64,000 nucleotides of DNA, from the NCBI GenBank assembly GCA_002269645.1, contig NIVC01001356.1:1-64000 (forward strand), read 5' to 3'. The notes beneath the pieces are model-generated. The model worked only from the letters and a program-made list of their open reading frames with translations, was not told where the DNA came from and ran no database searches. The stretch's first letter is position 1. Every line of letters begins with the position of its first letter. The position numbers and the translations under genes are program-made. Source of the DNA: Macrostomum lignano (Eukaryota). This document shows, piece after piece, positions 44,881-56,690 of this stretch.

Positions 44881-45539
44881 CAGCTGCTGCATACAACCGT
44901 TGCTTAAACGGTTGCAGTTGCTTATTTTGCGGGTTAACTTTTCTCTCCAGTGGGCCGTTTTAGAGTTTTTTGCATTTGTTGAATAGAAAAGCTGTGGTAT
45001 CAAATTCCCGTTTTTGTTATTTCATCGTTAAATTTTATTTTTACTACGCATTTTGACACCTGGTACAAATCAAGGTACCAAACATGTAAAATTTTAGATC
45101 AATTCTTTATCGAAACTCGACATCCAACTGTTCCCCGGACCTGACTCAACTCGATCGCTTCGATCGTAACTGTAAACTGTAGTAATGGAGCTTTTGTCTA
45201 TAGCAAGGGTGACAAAGCGGCATTTAATTTGGTCCAACAAGCATCAATTTTTGGTCCAAACGCGTGAGCCATTGGACAAATTTGTAGTGATCCGCTAATT
45301 GGTGTTAGGCGTCGCACTTTGTCAGCAGTCGCCCTTGCCCTCGCCCTCGCCCTGGGTTGCTGTCTGCCGCTGGTCAGCTTCCTGCCTCCCTCCTTTTGTC
45401 TGTCTGTTGCTGCTCCCTTCCCTCGTTTTGCCCGTTTTGCCCCTTGTTTCTCAGCCCTCAGCTTCTCTGCTGTGGGCTGTCTCTGTTTCGCTCGGTCTTT
45501 GTTTCCCCTGTCATGTGAGCGAGTCACATGACAGATCCT

Positions 45540-46218
45540 CTGTTCTTTGAGTCCTAAAGTGCAGTAAACATGTTTACTGCACTTGTTGGCCCTGTTTACC
45601 GGGAGAGTCACATGCTTTCGGCCCCCCTCCCTTTTCTAAGGAGAGGAGTGACTCATGTTGCTAAAAATAGCAACTGAGTCACAGCCATGTGCACTCTGCC
45701 GGGAGACCCTCAAGTGACGTCAGTTCTAAAAATAGAACAAGTCACGAGGTCTTCCGCGCGCTTGTACCCTGTCCGAGATTCTCGAGTGACGTCAGTTCTA
45801 AAAATAGAACAAGTCACGAGGTCTTGTGCGCGGGTGTTTTCCGGCTATAAATAGGACCCCTCTCCCCTTGTTTCCGTCAAGGAGTTTTCAGCTTTGTGTC
45901 AGTTTCTGCTTGGTGTCTGTTCTGTCCAACCTCGAGTTCCACGTCCGCGTGTGACTAAGTCCTGAGTGTTCGAGTCTTTGCGTACATTGATTCTGTTCCT
46001 ATTGATCCGACTGAGACCCGACCAAGCCAACCCAAGCCTACGAGAGGCTAACTCAGCCCTCCCTCTACCATCCTAGCCCGGCAGGTACTGCTGACGAGAC
46101 GCCTTGTACGTTGCGCTCTAAAATCTGCACGCTGTGCTGTGTTCGTTGACTTCATTATTTCGTTCCGACGGGAAGCTCACCTCACCGAAGGCCGAGACCT
46201 GAAGGAACTGGTGGCAGC
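45540..46218 (+). mobile_element. LTR-like sequence A followed by a tRNA-Leu primer binding site; internal region lost
   Basis: Enhancer repeats and TATA at 45846, then TGGTGGCAGC at 46209-46218, complementary to the 3' end of tRNA-Leu(AAG/TAG). The 5' boundary is uncertain and may be near 45180; no CA immediately before the PBS. Confidence 0.55.
45648..45854 (+). promoter_or_regulatory. Cluster of AP-1, CRE and MEF2 consensus sites plus TATA box
   Basis: TGACTCA (45649) and TGAGTCA (45675); TGACGTCA twice; CTAAAAATAG at 45661, 45726 and 45798; CTATAAATAG at 45845; 41 bp direct repeat with 72 bp period. Confidence 0.65.
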
Positions 46219-46299
46219 ACTACCTACGCTACTGAGAGAGTTGAGAGAACTTCCCTTTGAAGAGGCTCGAGACTTAAGGTAATCTTAAGTGCCTAACCG

Positions 46300-46720
46300 G
46301 GAAGAAACCCCATTGTACTTCAAATTCTTGCCTTCTTGCAACCCTCTGCGGGTTGTTGCATACAGTTGGAATGTCAGCGTCTCTACCAACAAGTTTCAGT
46401 CGCTTTTCCAGAGCTCTGCAGATAGCCGAAATCTGATAACCAACTGGAACTGTTCCTTCAACTTCTGCTGCATTTTCTGCAATATCAACAAAGGGTTCGT
46501 CTTAACTGCATCGAGTAGCAGTTGGAACTGAGGCTTCAGCAACTTGCCTTGGCGATTGCCACCTTTCACAGTCGACTTATGCTATGTCAGCAGTGGTTTC
46601 AACACGCGCTGATGGATGCTGCAAACCATCTTTCTTCTACGAGCGTATATTCAGCAACTTTGCAATGTCCTTTGGGTGTTCACAGAGGTTCTCAACAGAG
46701 TGCTTCGATCACAAGCCATG
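46300..46720 (-). pseudogene. Degraded Tc1/IS630-like transposase N-terminal fragment
   Basis: Minus-strand pieces KDIAKLLNIR (HTH-like), GGNRQGKLLKPQFQLLLDAVKTNPLL, AICRALEKRLKL, CNNPQRVARRQEF, with stops and frameshifts. Confidence 0.5.
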
Positions 46721-47212
46721 GTGGCATACGTTTGACAACCTAGCATGGTTCAAAATTCTGAGGCTGATCTTGCTCCTCCGCAACAGTTGCAATTGAAGCT
46801 ATGGACCAAATTGATGCTTCTAGGACTATTAGGTGCTATATTAATCGATGCATTCTGGAGCCTTATCAACTCATAGAAGCATTTTATGGTATATTGGGTT
46901 GTTCGGTGATCCAATGTTACTAATTTTGTCACTGAACAACTACAATGCACATTGAATTAAATATCGTATACAAGCGTATAAGAAAAATTGATGGGTTCGG
47001 CCTTTTTAAGCCTGTAGCTTCGGGCCTCAGAACTCAGAAATGAATCTCTTAGAACTCTTGCCTCTCACTCCTGTCAGATGGTCAGCCCCATGGTAGCTAG
47101 ATTGTGGGCAAGCGTGGGCAAGCAGCAAGGTCCTATAGCTAGGAGAAGACAGCGAGAGACAAGCAGGGAGAATTTGAAAGTTAGAGATTAGCTAATCCAC
47201 AGATTAACTAAC

Positions 47213-49072
47213 CCGCTGCCACCAGTCCGTGCGCACCGGCTCACCAAACCAGAGCTATCGAAATCGGACTTCCGACTAGAGGGGCACTGCACTTACCTGC
47301 CATCTAGTGTCTTATAGCTGTCTATCTCGAAGTCATAGCCGAATAGAAGGGACACTGCTGGGACTAAGATCGCATTGGCCATGCAGGGACAGAGAGGACT
47401 TCTGCAGAGGGGTCTTGCGTGGCGAGCCTTTATAACACTACTAAATGTACTTCTTTATTACCAAATTCCCAGAAGTACATGTGCAAGTACACGTAACTGC
47501 ACACCTTTAGCGCTAAATGTGTTAACACGTCGACAGATAGCGATGATGCAGATGCATTGTCACCTTCGGAGACCCTTAGCCTAACATTTAACCTGTTCTA
47601 GCCGCTTAGCTGCCTGAGACTGCACGAACGCACCAGTCTGGCACTTGATTTGCATGTTTATCATGATTACACAGATCGACTGATTGACTGGGAACTGTGC
47701 CGCTTCCGGTCTGCTGTGACCTTTGCCTCTAGATCTAGTCGCTCATCTCAGCTGGCATTGCGAAAAAGAAAGAAAACGCTAAGTCTTTGACTTCCAGATT
47801 AAACTTTCTCGCTTAATTCACAATCCTAAACGCCTTAGATTGAGTCGGAGCGAATAGCTACTTTTAGTATTATACGGAACTTCTGCCTCGAGTTTGGCAC
47901 ACGAAAACAAGTAAGCAAAAGTGCAAATCCTATCAGACTACCTAGGAAGGGGTCAGACAAAGGGTGCACCCAGTTAAGCAGCTCAGAAAAAAGAATCTCA
48001 CCAAACCAATCAGAGGACCTAACCGCCGGTAGCCAAGAATTTCACAGAGACCGAAACGCTCGGACGGGATGCTGGTGATGCTGATCTTAACTGACGAGCG
48101 CCGCAGTTGTTCTTCGCTTGCCGGGTGCTGTCGCTGCTCTTAGATTACGACCGGGAAGTCACGGGCGATGCTGTTCAGGGGGGACTTAACCGTTGAAGTC
48201 GAAGCTGATGAGAGACGACGACCAAAGCTAGGGAGACGGAATGTCAGGAAGTTGACCAGGCAGGGGGCGATGGCCGGGGGGAAGGGGGATCACGAGTGAC
48301 CACGGCCGAAAGTAGGGGGGGGGAACAAGTAAAGGTTTTCGAGCGCGGGCCGACATGCCGCCTTTTATAAGATCTCACGCGGCCGATTTGTTATAGCGAG
48401 CGCCGAATTTTCCTATTGGCTGAGGGCCTTTGTTAAAATCGGCGCCGAATTTTCTGATTGGTCGAGCCGGGGGCGGTCAGGTCGACTCTGATTGGCTGAG
48501 CTCAAGACCCCGAAACCCACCCCACCAGGTGGGCTCCAGACCCCAGGGAAGTTGACAGGTGCAGTCATAAATCATAAAGAAACCGAATAAAAGTCACTTG
48601 TCTATACATCCAGGCGCCGGAAGTGACTGCAAAAAGCCCATAACTCAAAGGAAAAGGGTAATAGAGCGAGTGGGAAGGAGACTGGAAAGACCTCTGCGAC
48701 CCAGACAGGCTGGAGCCAAAAGTGACAGCTAGACCGCAATAAATCACTAAAAATAGTGAAAAATTCACAAATCGGGGGTCAGAATGAGATGAACATTCCT
48801 CCCAGACTTAGTGTCGCCTGTCTAGACTGTTAGAGGTCAATCCGCCTCAGAGGTCAATCCGCCGTAAACAACCCAAAAATAGAATCCTAGGAGAAGTACA
48901 TTAAGTCCCTAACATAATTAATGGTAATGTCATAAAATAGTATAGGACTCAGCCTAGATGAGAGAATAGAGAGAAAATCCTAAGCTAGCCTACTGACAGT
49001 AGATTAAAAAGCACATCGAAGCTAAATGTGCGGTTTTAAGATTTAAAAAAGGTGTGTCCTCAGCTCATCACA
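47213..49072 (-). mobile_element. LTR-like sequence B with tRNA-Leu PBS, opposite orientation to A and unrelated in sequence
   Basis: Minus strand begins TGTGATG at 49072, contains a CCAAT/GC/TATA promoter and ends at PBS TGGTGGCAGCGG (47224-47213). No gag/pol ORF follows. Boundaries inferred. Confidence 0.5.
48363..48495 (-). promoter_or_regulatory. Minus-strand Pol II promoter: TATAAAA, three CCAAT boxes, GC box
   Basis: Plus strand shows TTTTATA 48363-48369, ATTGG at 48415, 48457 and 48491, and GGGGGCGG near 48470. Confidence 0.65.
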
Positions 49073-49678
49073 ATTAATTAACGATGGTAATTAATTCTCA
49101 ACAAATAACTCCGCAAGCTCCGTACCGACGCGACTGGAACCGTCAGCCAACTGCTTGGGCCTGTCGAGACATCGCATCCCCGTTTCTCTCTCTCATTAGG
49201 CTGCGCTGCTGTCCCACAATGCAGAATTTTAATTATTGGCAAATGCGCCCAAAAGAGAAAATCATATCTCATATCTTGTCTCTAATCTGCTCCGACTATC
49301 TAGTGCCGCATCGGCACACCACCAGCGAGTGCCAAAGCTGTGAAATATTGCCAGCAATTAAACAGATCGGCTGCAAACGGTGACAGGCATCGCAGGAGCG
49401 CTGAATTCTGAGTGTATTAGGACATAAGCGCGTGCGGCCTGTGGGCAGTGGCATCCCAACGACCGTGACAATCTATTCAAAGTTTTGTAGGATAATTAAT
49501 TAAAGCAAAAACTTGGAGCCTCAAATCGACTAAATACTATATGTAGGCAGCAGAGCTAAATTCTTCATTGTTTTTTATGAGCTAATTTTATCCAAAAGTG
49601 TAGACATAACATTAAACAGAGCTTTAAAAAGCTATTCGGTTTTGGTACAGCCCTACACTAAAGAGTTCGCTGAGTAGA

Positions 49679-52600
49679 ATGAAATCAACCGCGAGCAGCA
49701 GCTCCGGGGCATCAGAGAGACCCCGCTCAGCCGTGCGTTAGTTCTGTGGCTACACGACCGCCCACGGCCTGGGCCGCTTCTCCGAGCAGTCTACCTTTTT
49801 CGGCAGGCTCATCTGGGTTTCTTTTCTGCTGAGCACCTACGGCGGCTTTGTCTATCACCTGTACACCCTGTTCGACAGGTTTGCCCAGGCTCCTGTGCTC
49901 ACCACAATGACCGTGTCCTCGCTGCCGTTCCAGTTCCCGGATGTGTACATCTGCCCGACGCAGGCGAACACCATGAGCAAGGCCATTACGTCTCTGACCG
50001 ATTATGGAGTTACCAACGTGGAGTTTCTTACCAAGAGAACCATCGACGAGAAGATTGGCTTTTACGATTTTGACCTTAAAAGCAGTGGCTTCAACCAGAT
50101 GACGTGGGCACTGCTGAGCGTCCTGGAAAGCACGGAGGAGTCACTAATGGCGAAGTTTCAGTTTCCAGCACGTGGTGAGCACTCTGCTATTTGAAGATAC
50201 TTTGTCAGTGCAGCATTCTATATATCAGAGCTCTTATCTGATAAGATCCCTATTCAATATAGAGAAGTTGAATTGCTTTAGGCTTTGAGCAGATCGGGCT
50301 GCATCAAATGCTTTCCTTAAAAAATTGTTAGAGAACCAATCCGAGTGTCGGACAACGCTCTCAGGCGAGGAATACTCTGGCAACGTGAGTTCAGCGGTTG
50401 TCTACGGATTTGCCACCATGACAGTCACGTCCGTGAACACCTCGGCATTCGAGCCCAGTCCGTATAGAGCGCTTAGGTCGTGCATACCATGGAATGATGC
50501 AGCTCGGATGCTGCATAGTACAAGCGCCAGCCTAGCCAACAGGCTGCTAACACTCAACTTTTCCGACGACGAGTCCCGCTGTCGCTCGCCGCCCGGACTG
50601 CCGCTGTCTGAGCTTCTGCCGTTTGCATCTCGTGAGTCAAAGAAAATTCAGAGATGGGAAAGCTCTAACAAAAAATAAAGCATCGCGCGTTGCTGATTTT
50701 CCAGGACCAACGTTACGGCTTATCGGCTGCTTCCCAAAAAAGACTGTGGATGCAATATTTCCTGTCTGCTCAGAGCTTCAAATCATCACTTATGAATCCT
50801 GCGCCGAATGCTGCGCCAGACTCAATTTCCCGTACGTGGCCCTCCAGCCCCTGTCGTGCCGATGCGGCTTCAGCATCAGCGGCATCAGGAATAGGTCCGA
50901 CACGTGCGACAGTTATTGCAAGAACGATGGCACAAGAGTTTGCGGCTCAGCTACTAGCGCTACGGTTCTACAGATTCGGGACAATGGTGAGTGAATCATT
51001 CAATCATGTAGGCCCGAGTTCGGAGAGCATCAGGAGGCATTTTAACCAACAGCTCAGATCCTATAGATCGTCTGTATTCGTCTGTATTCGTCTAGTTTCT
51101 TATTTCATGTTTTTAGCATCAAAGGCGCTGCACATAGGAAACTTCAGCCAGTTGACACCGCAGGCGTACGGGCCCTACTGCTTCTTTAGAGATGAGATTG
51201 GCAAGCTGAATGCCGGCTTCTGTGAAATCCCCTTTTGCCGAATTTGTAAGTCCAACCCGCCGCAGTGATGAACTTCATCGCCAAGATCTCGAGAAAATTA
51301 GCTTCTAGGCTCAAACTGCTCACTTTTCAGCCAACTCGAAGACCTACGACTGCGCCGTGAGCTCATCTGACAAGCATGTAGAGCAGCTGCAGCTCTCTCG
51401 GTACACGGGACGGACGAACGTCACCGCCTCCGGCAGACGATGCATGCCTTGGAGTAAATTGCCGAGAATCGAGGAGCTGGTTAAAACGCGCAGTCAGTAC
51501 CGCCTGTTCACTTGAAGCTCTCACAGTCTAGAAAAAATGCATTCTCAACTTGAATTCCTACCTTCATGCAGTATTCGCCCTGGCTGAGGCTTTTAAAAAT
51601 ATCTACATCCGAGTTCCCGACGAAATCGAGAACAGCGAGGACAATTTCTGCCGCTCGGCGAGCATTGTGGTCGACTCTGTCCCATTTTGGGACGAAACTA
51701 TGATAATGTGAGTTCAAAACTGAGTTAGTGACAAATCTTTGTACTAGTTCCAATCTTTTCTTCCATCTTAGGCGACGCAGCGTCGTTAGCTCAAGCGTGC
51801 CAATTTGCATCCCAGAAGACTTTCTCGTCGGGTTTGTGACACCGATGATCTTTGGTTTCGTCACATTTTTTGAATTGGCGGTAGAGACCTGCGATATACC
51901 GAAGTGCTGTGAGTTTTGAGCCTTTTAGAGAAGCTAAAATTAGGACAGGCTATATTGACTGTTCGAATTTAACCTGCATTTTAGACACCACGGCCCCCAG
52001 CGTGACTCGCGCTATCAGCGACTCGGTCGGCAGCCACCTGCTGGCTCGCCAATTCGGCAGCGACCTCGGCGTCAGCCTCGCTGAGTGCAGCTTTGCTGGT
52101 CAGAAATGCACCAAGGAGGACTTTGTGAACTTCGCCCACCCGCAGCTGGGCATGTGCCACCAGTTTCTCAAGCAGCGCTTCACCGCCAACATGAGCAGCA
52201 CGCAGCTGGCAGAGAGCCAGCTGTCAGTCAAGTACTTCACGGACTCGACAGACGCGAAGGGACAGACGTTGTCAAATATTGACAAGCTGACGCGGGTGGT
52301 GCGAGGAGGCCGCAATGCTGATGCCAGACAGACGGCATTCAAGGTGAGTCTTTGACGGCTGCTTACACTGACACTGAACAGTGCTCACTCTCATACTGAA
52401 CAGTGCTCACTCTCACACTGAACAATGCTCACTCTCACACTGAACAGTGCTCACTCTCATACTGAACAATGCTCACTCTCACACTGAACAGTGCTCACTC
52501 TCATACTGAACAGTGCTCACTCTCACACTAAACAGTGCTCACTCTCATCTGAACAGTGCTCACTCTCACACTGAACAGCTGAACAGTGCTCACTCTCATA

Positions 52601-54216
52601 CTGAACAATGCTCACTCTCACACTGAACAGTGCTCACTCTCATACTGAACAGTGCTCACTCTCACACTAAACAGTGCTCACTCTCATCTGAACAGTGCTC
52701 ACTCTCACACTGAACAGCTGAACAGTGCTCACTCTCATACTGAACAGTGCTCACTCTCACACTGAACAATGCTCACTCTCACACTGAACAATCACCTGAG
52801 CCTCCATTGCGAACTTGAAGGCCGTCATCGTACCGGAGGGATCCTTCCCATGGGCTTCAAAGAGCATCGACGTGGCCACGGCTCAGCGCATGGACGTGCA
52901 GCTTAGCTTGAACAAGTACTCGAAACTGTCCAGCGCATCCAGGCCCTGCGCGGAGACCACAGAACCGGTCACATATCGACTGCCGTCCTGGAACATGCCA
53001 CCATCGAATGAAAATTTCAAGTACTAATCTGTATCCTGCTTTGGGGAATTAACCTGTGCTAACTTGTGCTAATATCGTTATTACGCTATGAATTCATTTA
53101 CGTCGTACTAATACTAACCTTGGCTCCAGAATTGATTGGGCCGCAAAAAGGATCATTTCAACCAACGGCTGGACACGGAAACTGTCGATGCTGCGCGAGA
53201 CGCTGCTGAACAACAGCGGCCCAAGGTTAGTAGTGCCAGCAGGTGAAGTGCTCCTGAAGTTATTGTTAACTGCGGAAACTGTCACAACAAACGAAAAGTA
53301 CTTCGCAATTTCAGCATCCTGACCGATGCGGGCCGCCTGTTTGACATCCCCGATCGAGACGACTGTGTCAACACCTACGTCGTGCAGGCCTTCATCGACA
53401 ACTGCGGATGTCTGCCGTCGATTCTCCCTATCAAAGACGAGCTGCTCGCCAATTTCAGTTACTGCTTCAACATCAAAGATGCTGATAACATTTCTGACGA
53501 CACCGAGAGGTGCTACATTGATCAAATGTCCCGGATTACACAATATCAATATGAGGCTACAAAACTCTGCAAGCCGCTGTGCAGCACCTTCGAATACACC
53601 AGCCGCTTCATCCCCTACGTCTGGCCGAACCTGCATTTCATGCAGTCGTTCGAGTTCCTGAGGCAGCTGGCTTCCGACTTCGGTTACCGGCACAACATCA
53701 GCCGGCTGAGGGGTGTCTCCAGCCTGTACTATGCATATCTGAGAGCTCAGAGACTCGCAGACACGCCAGTTAGCAAAATCAGCAGCGCCGAGTCTCAGAG
53801 CTTTGATGTGGAGCTGACGGCGCTGGAAAACCGGCTGGCTCAGCTAACCGTCCAGGCTGAGCGGCCATTCGGCCAGGAGGTCTCGGAGGAGCCGGCCTAC
53901 CCCGCCAAGAACCTCCTGGCCGACATTGGAGGTAAGAAATCATTTTGAGTGGTTTTGGCATCGGCAGCGCGAATTCCGTCAGTTTCAATCGGATTGCTTT
54001 TCAGGCGCCCTGGGTCTCTGGTCCGGCATCTCCATTCTCACTGTCTGCGAGTTGCTGGAGCTCTTCATCTACCTGGGGCAGGAGCTGGTCCTGAGGATGC
54101 GGCGACAGCCCTCCAAGAGGCAGCCAGGAGACAACAACGAGCCTGACTTACCGTCTAAGGTAGAGATGGAGTCGGAGATGAACGCGGCTGAGAATGAAAG
54201 AGTAACTCATTTTTGA
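49679..54216 (+). CDS. DEG/ENaC (ASIC-like) channel subunit with kringle-WSC-kringle insertions, 12 exons, ~1041 codons, in-frame TAG at codon 21
   Basis: Exons 49679-50174, 50332-50631, 50705-50986, 51117-51245, 51331-51492, 51572-51707, 51772-51908, 51985-52343, 52821-53020, 53130-53225, 53315-53931, 54005-54216; all GT-AG with matching phases. Motifs: TTAHG, TM1, FPDVYICP, CSFAGQKC..DF....LGMCHQF, NCGCLP, C.KPLC, TM2 LLADIGGALGLWSGISILTVCELLE. Confidence 0.9.
52373..52792. repeat. 22 bp intronic minisatellite (CTGAACAGTGCTCACTCTCACA)
   Basis: Fills channel intron 8. Confidence 0.92.
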
Positions 54217-55519
54217 TTGAAGAGAAATCCTTGCTAAAATTCTGGGGCAGTCAGTGCACGGACGAATGGAGTAGAAGGACGCTGCTCTTCCTAATCAGGA
54301 AAATTTTCTGCACCCTCAAAATACACTAGCTACCGTACATAGGGAATCGGAATTCCCAGCACTAGGTTAGTCACCTTCTGGATCTCCACAGTAGCGTAGC
54401 CACAAACACTTTGATGCTTGCTTTATTCACCATCCAAAATTCCACAAGCCGATAAAATATCTTAGCGCTTAGTGCTGAGAATCTGGTGTTTTTTTACCTC
54501 ACTGAATGCGTTTTTGTGCCGGCAACCTGCAGTGATAGTGTGTTGCTTTATTTTGCAGCGCCCTTCCACTTAGGAACAGACCGTGAATGAATGTTAAACT
54601 GGATCGCAGATTGCTTATTTAATCTGTGAAAGGCAAAATGAGCTTCAGTGATTTTTGCTAATTCGCATGCTTGAATCGCTGATATTACACAATATTACAT
54701 CATAACCTTATCGCATTATGATACACTACATTATTACTTTATGATATCATAGCATGATATTCTCCGGTCACTACATAATCTTATTATTGCGTTATCAAAT
54801 TATTAAATGATGATATTATCACATAACAAGATCATCATATAATACATTACCTTTTCGCTTAAACGATACTGGCCTTGCGATTTTCACATAATTAAATACG
54901 AGTTTCATTAAGTGTGCCCAAAACCGCGTCCTTTGTCAACACTATTCTTCTTTAGCTGTCCATAGAATGAATGAAACACCGGAAATTTTGCAGTTCACTC
55001 TCAGAACTGAATGTAAGCGCCACGAATAAAAAGCTGCTTTGCCTCCATTTCACAGATATTTTTGTTATTGCATTGCAAGTATATAATCCTATTAATTCGA
55101 AAAAATCTTTTTCAGCTGACACAAAAAAGTTTTTAAAAATTGCTGCAGTGACAAAGCTGAGCTGCTGAGCAAATTTTTTCGAATTAAAAATTGTTAAAAA
55201 ATTTTGCTTCCTGAAGCGGCTCGCATGCGGCGAGATGAAGACCGCTTGTCCTTTAATAATGTGCTGCGGCTGGGCCTTTTACGGCTCCAGTTTATTTGGG
55301 CCATAGACAGTTGAGCAGCAGTGGCTGGCTCTGTCAAAAGTACATGTGTCCACTACACAACTCCCCCAGAGCCAGACAATGTGCTCTTGCATTGTGCTCG
55401 CTGGGAGCTCAGCTGCTGTGGTAAACGGCTGGGTCAGCTGCGGTTACTTTGCCACTGGAAGCGATGGAACGCAATGGAAGCGACTGGGTTAGAAAAGGGT
55501 CACCGAGCTGTATGTATGC

Positions 55520-55785
55520 TCAGTCTGTATTCCGAGCATCAGTCTGTATTCTGAACTTCAGTCTGTATTCTGAACTTCAGTCTGTATTCTGAACTTCAGT
55601 CTGTATTCTGAGCTTCAGTCTGTATTCTGAGCTTCGGTCTGTATTCTGAGCTTCAGTCTGTATTCTGAGCTTCGGTCTGTATTCTGAGCTTCGGTCTGTA
55701 TTCTGAGCTTCAGTCTGTATTCTGAGCTTCGGTCTGTATTCTGAGCTTCGGTCTGTATTCTGAGCTTCAGTCTGGGATTCTTCAA
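55520..55785. repeat. 19 bp minisatellite (CAGTCTGTATTCTGARCTT)
   Basis: About 13 units. Confidence 0.92.
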
Positions 55786-56269
55786 AGCTTCAGTCAAATT
55801 ACATGCACTATTTACTTGTACATTGAACTCAAGTAGTGTAATTGGTGCGTGTACACTGTAGAATCAAATGCAATGCGTCACATAGTTTAAAGTGTCGTGT
55901 TGGACCACTGTTATGTAACTATAAATTTCCTTACGTGACCACTAAGTTCGAATGCATCCATCAATCACATACGACCAGTGTCAAAAAGAACGTCCTGTCA
56001 ATACCGTGCATATTCCTCTAACTAACGGCTTACGCGCAAACCGATATATCAAATGCGTGTACAGTAGACCAATTACATGTAGGCAATCGTTTTGCCTCAT
56101 CACACCAAACCGTTGAACCTTTAGCCTCATCAAATTTGAACTTAATATTGTATATGCTGCACCGAATATGAACCTACTGGCTTTCAAAATGTCCTAAATA
56201 AACGAGACCTATGGTCGAGAAGTTAGCCTACAACCTCCGCTAAGACTTGGTGACCCGGGAGCAATTAAC

Positions 56270-56690
56270 CTTCTTCAAGGAGGCATGCACTTTTACGAGT
56301 ACAAACATGGGCTGCAGTTTGCAACAGTTTGTGCTATCACCCGCTATGCACACCTACTGCGTCTCCCTGTCCCTCAGCTAATTCGGGTCGACGTCCGACT
56401 TCGTGGCCGGCGCGGGCGCGCCCCCTGCCACCCGTCCTGATGATCACGCTCAAGACTTCTTAGAGCAGCTCTCTTTGAGCATATGGAGGCAACAGCGCAG
56501 CGTGACACATTGGTCGCCCTCGGAGACCTGAACGCTGTTTTGCGTAGGTCCAATTCAAGCGGTCACTAGCTGCTCGTGACGCCGCGTGAGAATGGCGACA
56601 CCAAAGGGGTAGAGGACATCTGGCGAGGCAGGAAATGGTGTCGGCCAACACCCGCTTCCGCAAGCCACCTTGTGGACTGACGAAATTTGT
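56270..56690 (+). pseudogene. Degraded non-LTR retrotransposon AP-endonuclease fragment (RTE-like)
   Basis: RDTLVALGDLNA (56522-56536 encodes GDLNA) and MVSANTRFRKP in different frames. Confidence 0.5.

Noticed and set aside
45198-45611. 137 aa Lys/Arg-rich minus-strand ORF as gag or nucleocapsid
   Set aside because: No CCHC or capsid motif; composition is explained by a pyrimidine-rich plus strand.
50615-50631. Frameshift in kringle 1 (CCG TTT GCA could be PFC with one more T)
   Set aside because: The uncorrected frame gives the correct phase-1 join to exon 3, and the missing cysteines are supplied by exon 4.
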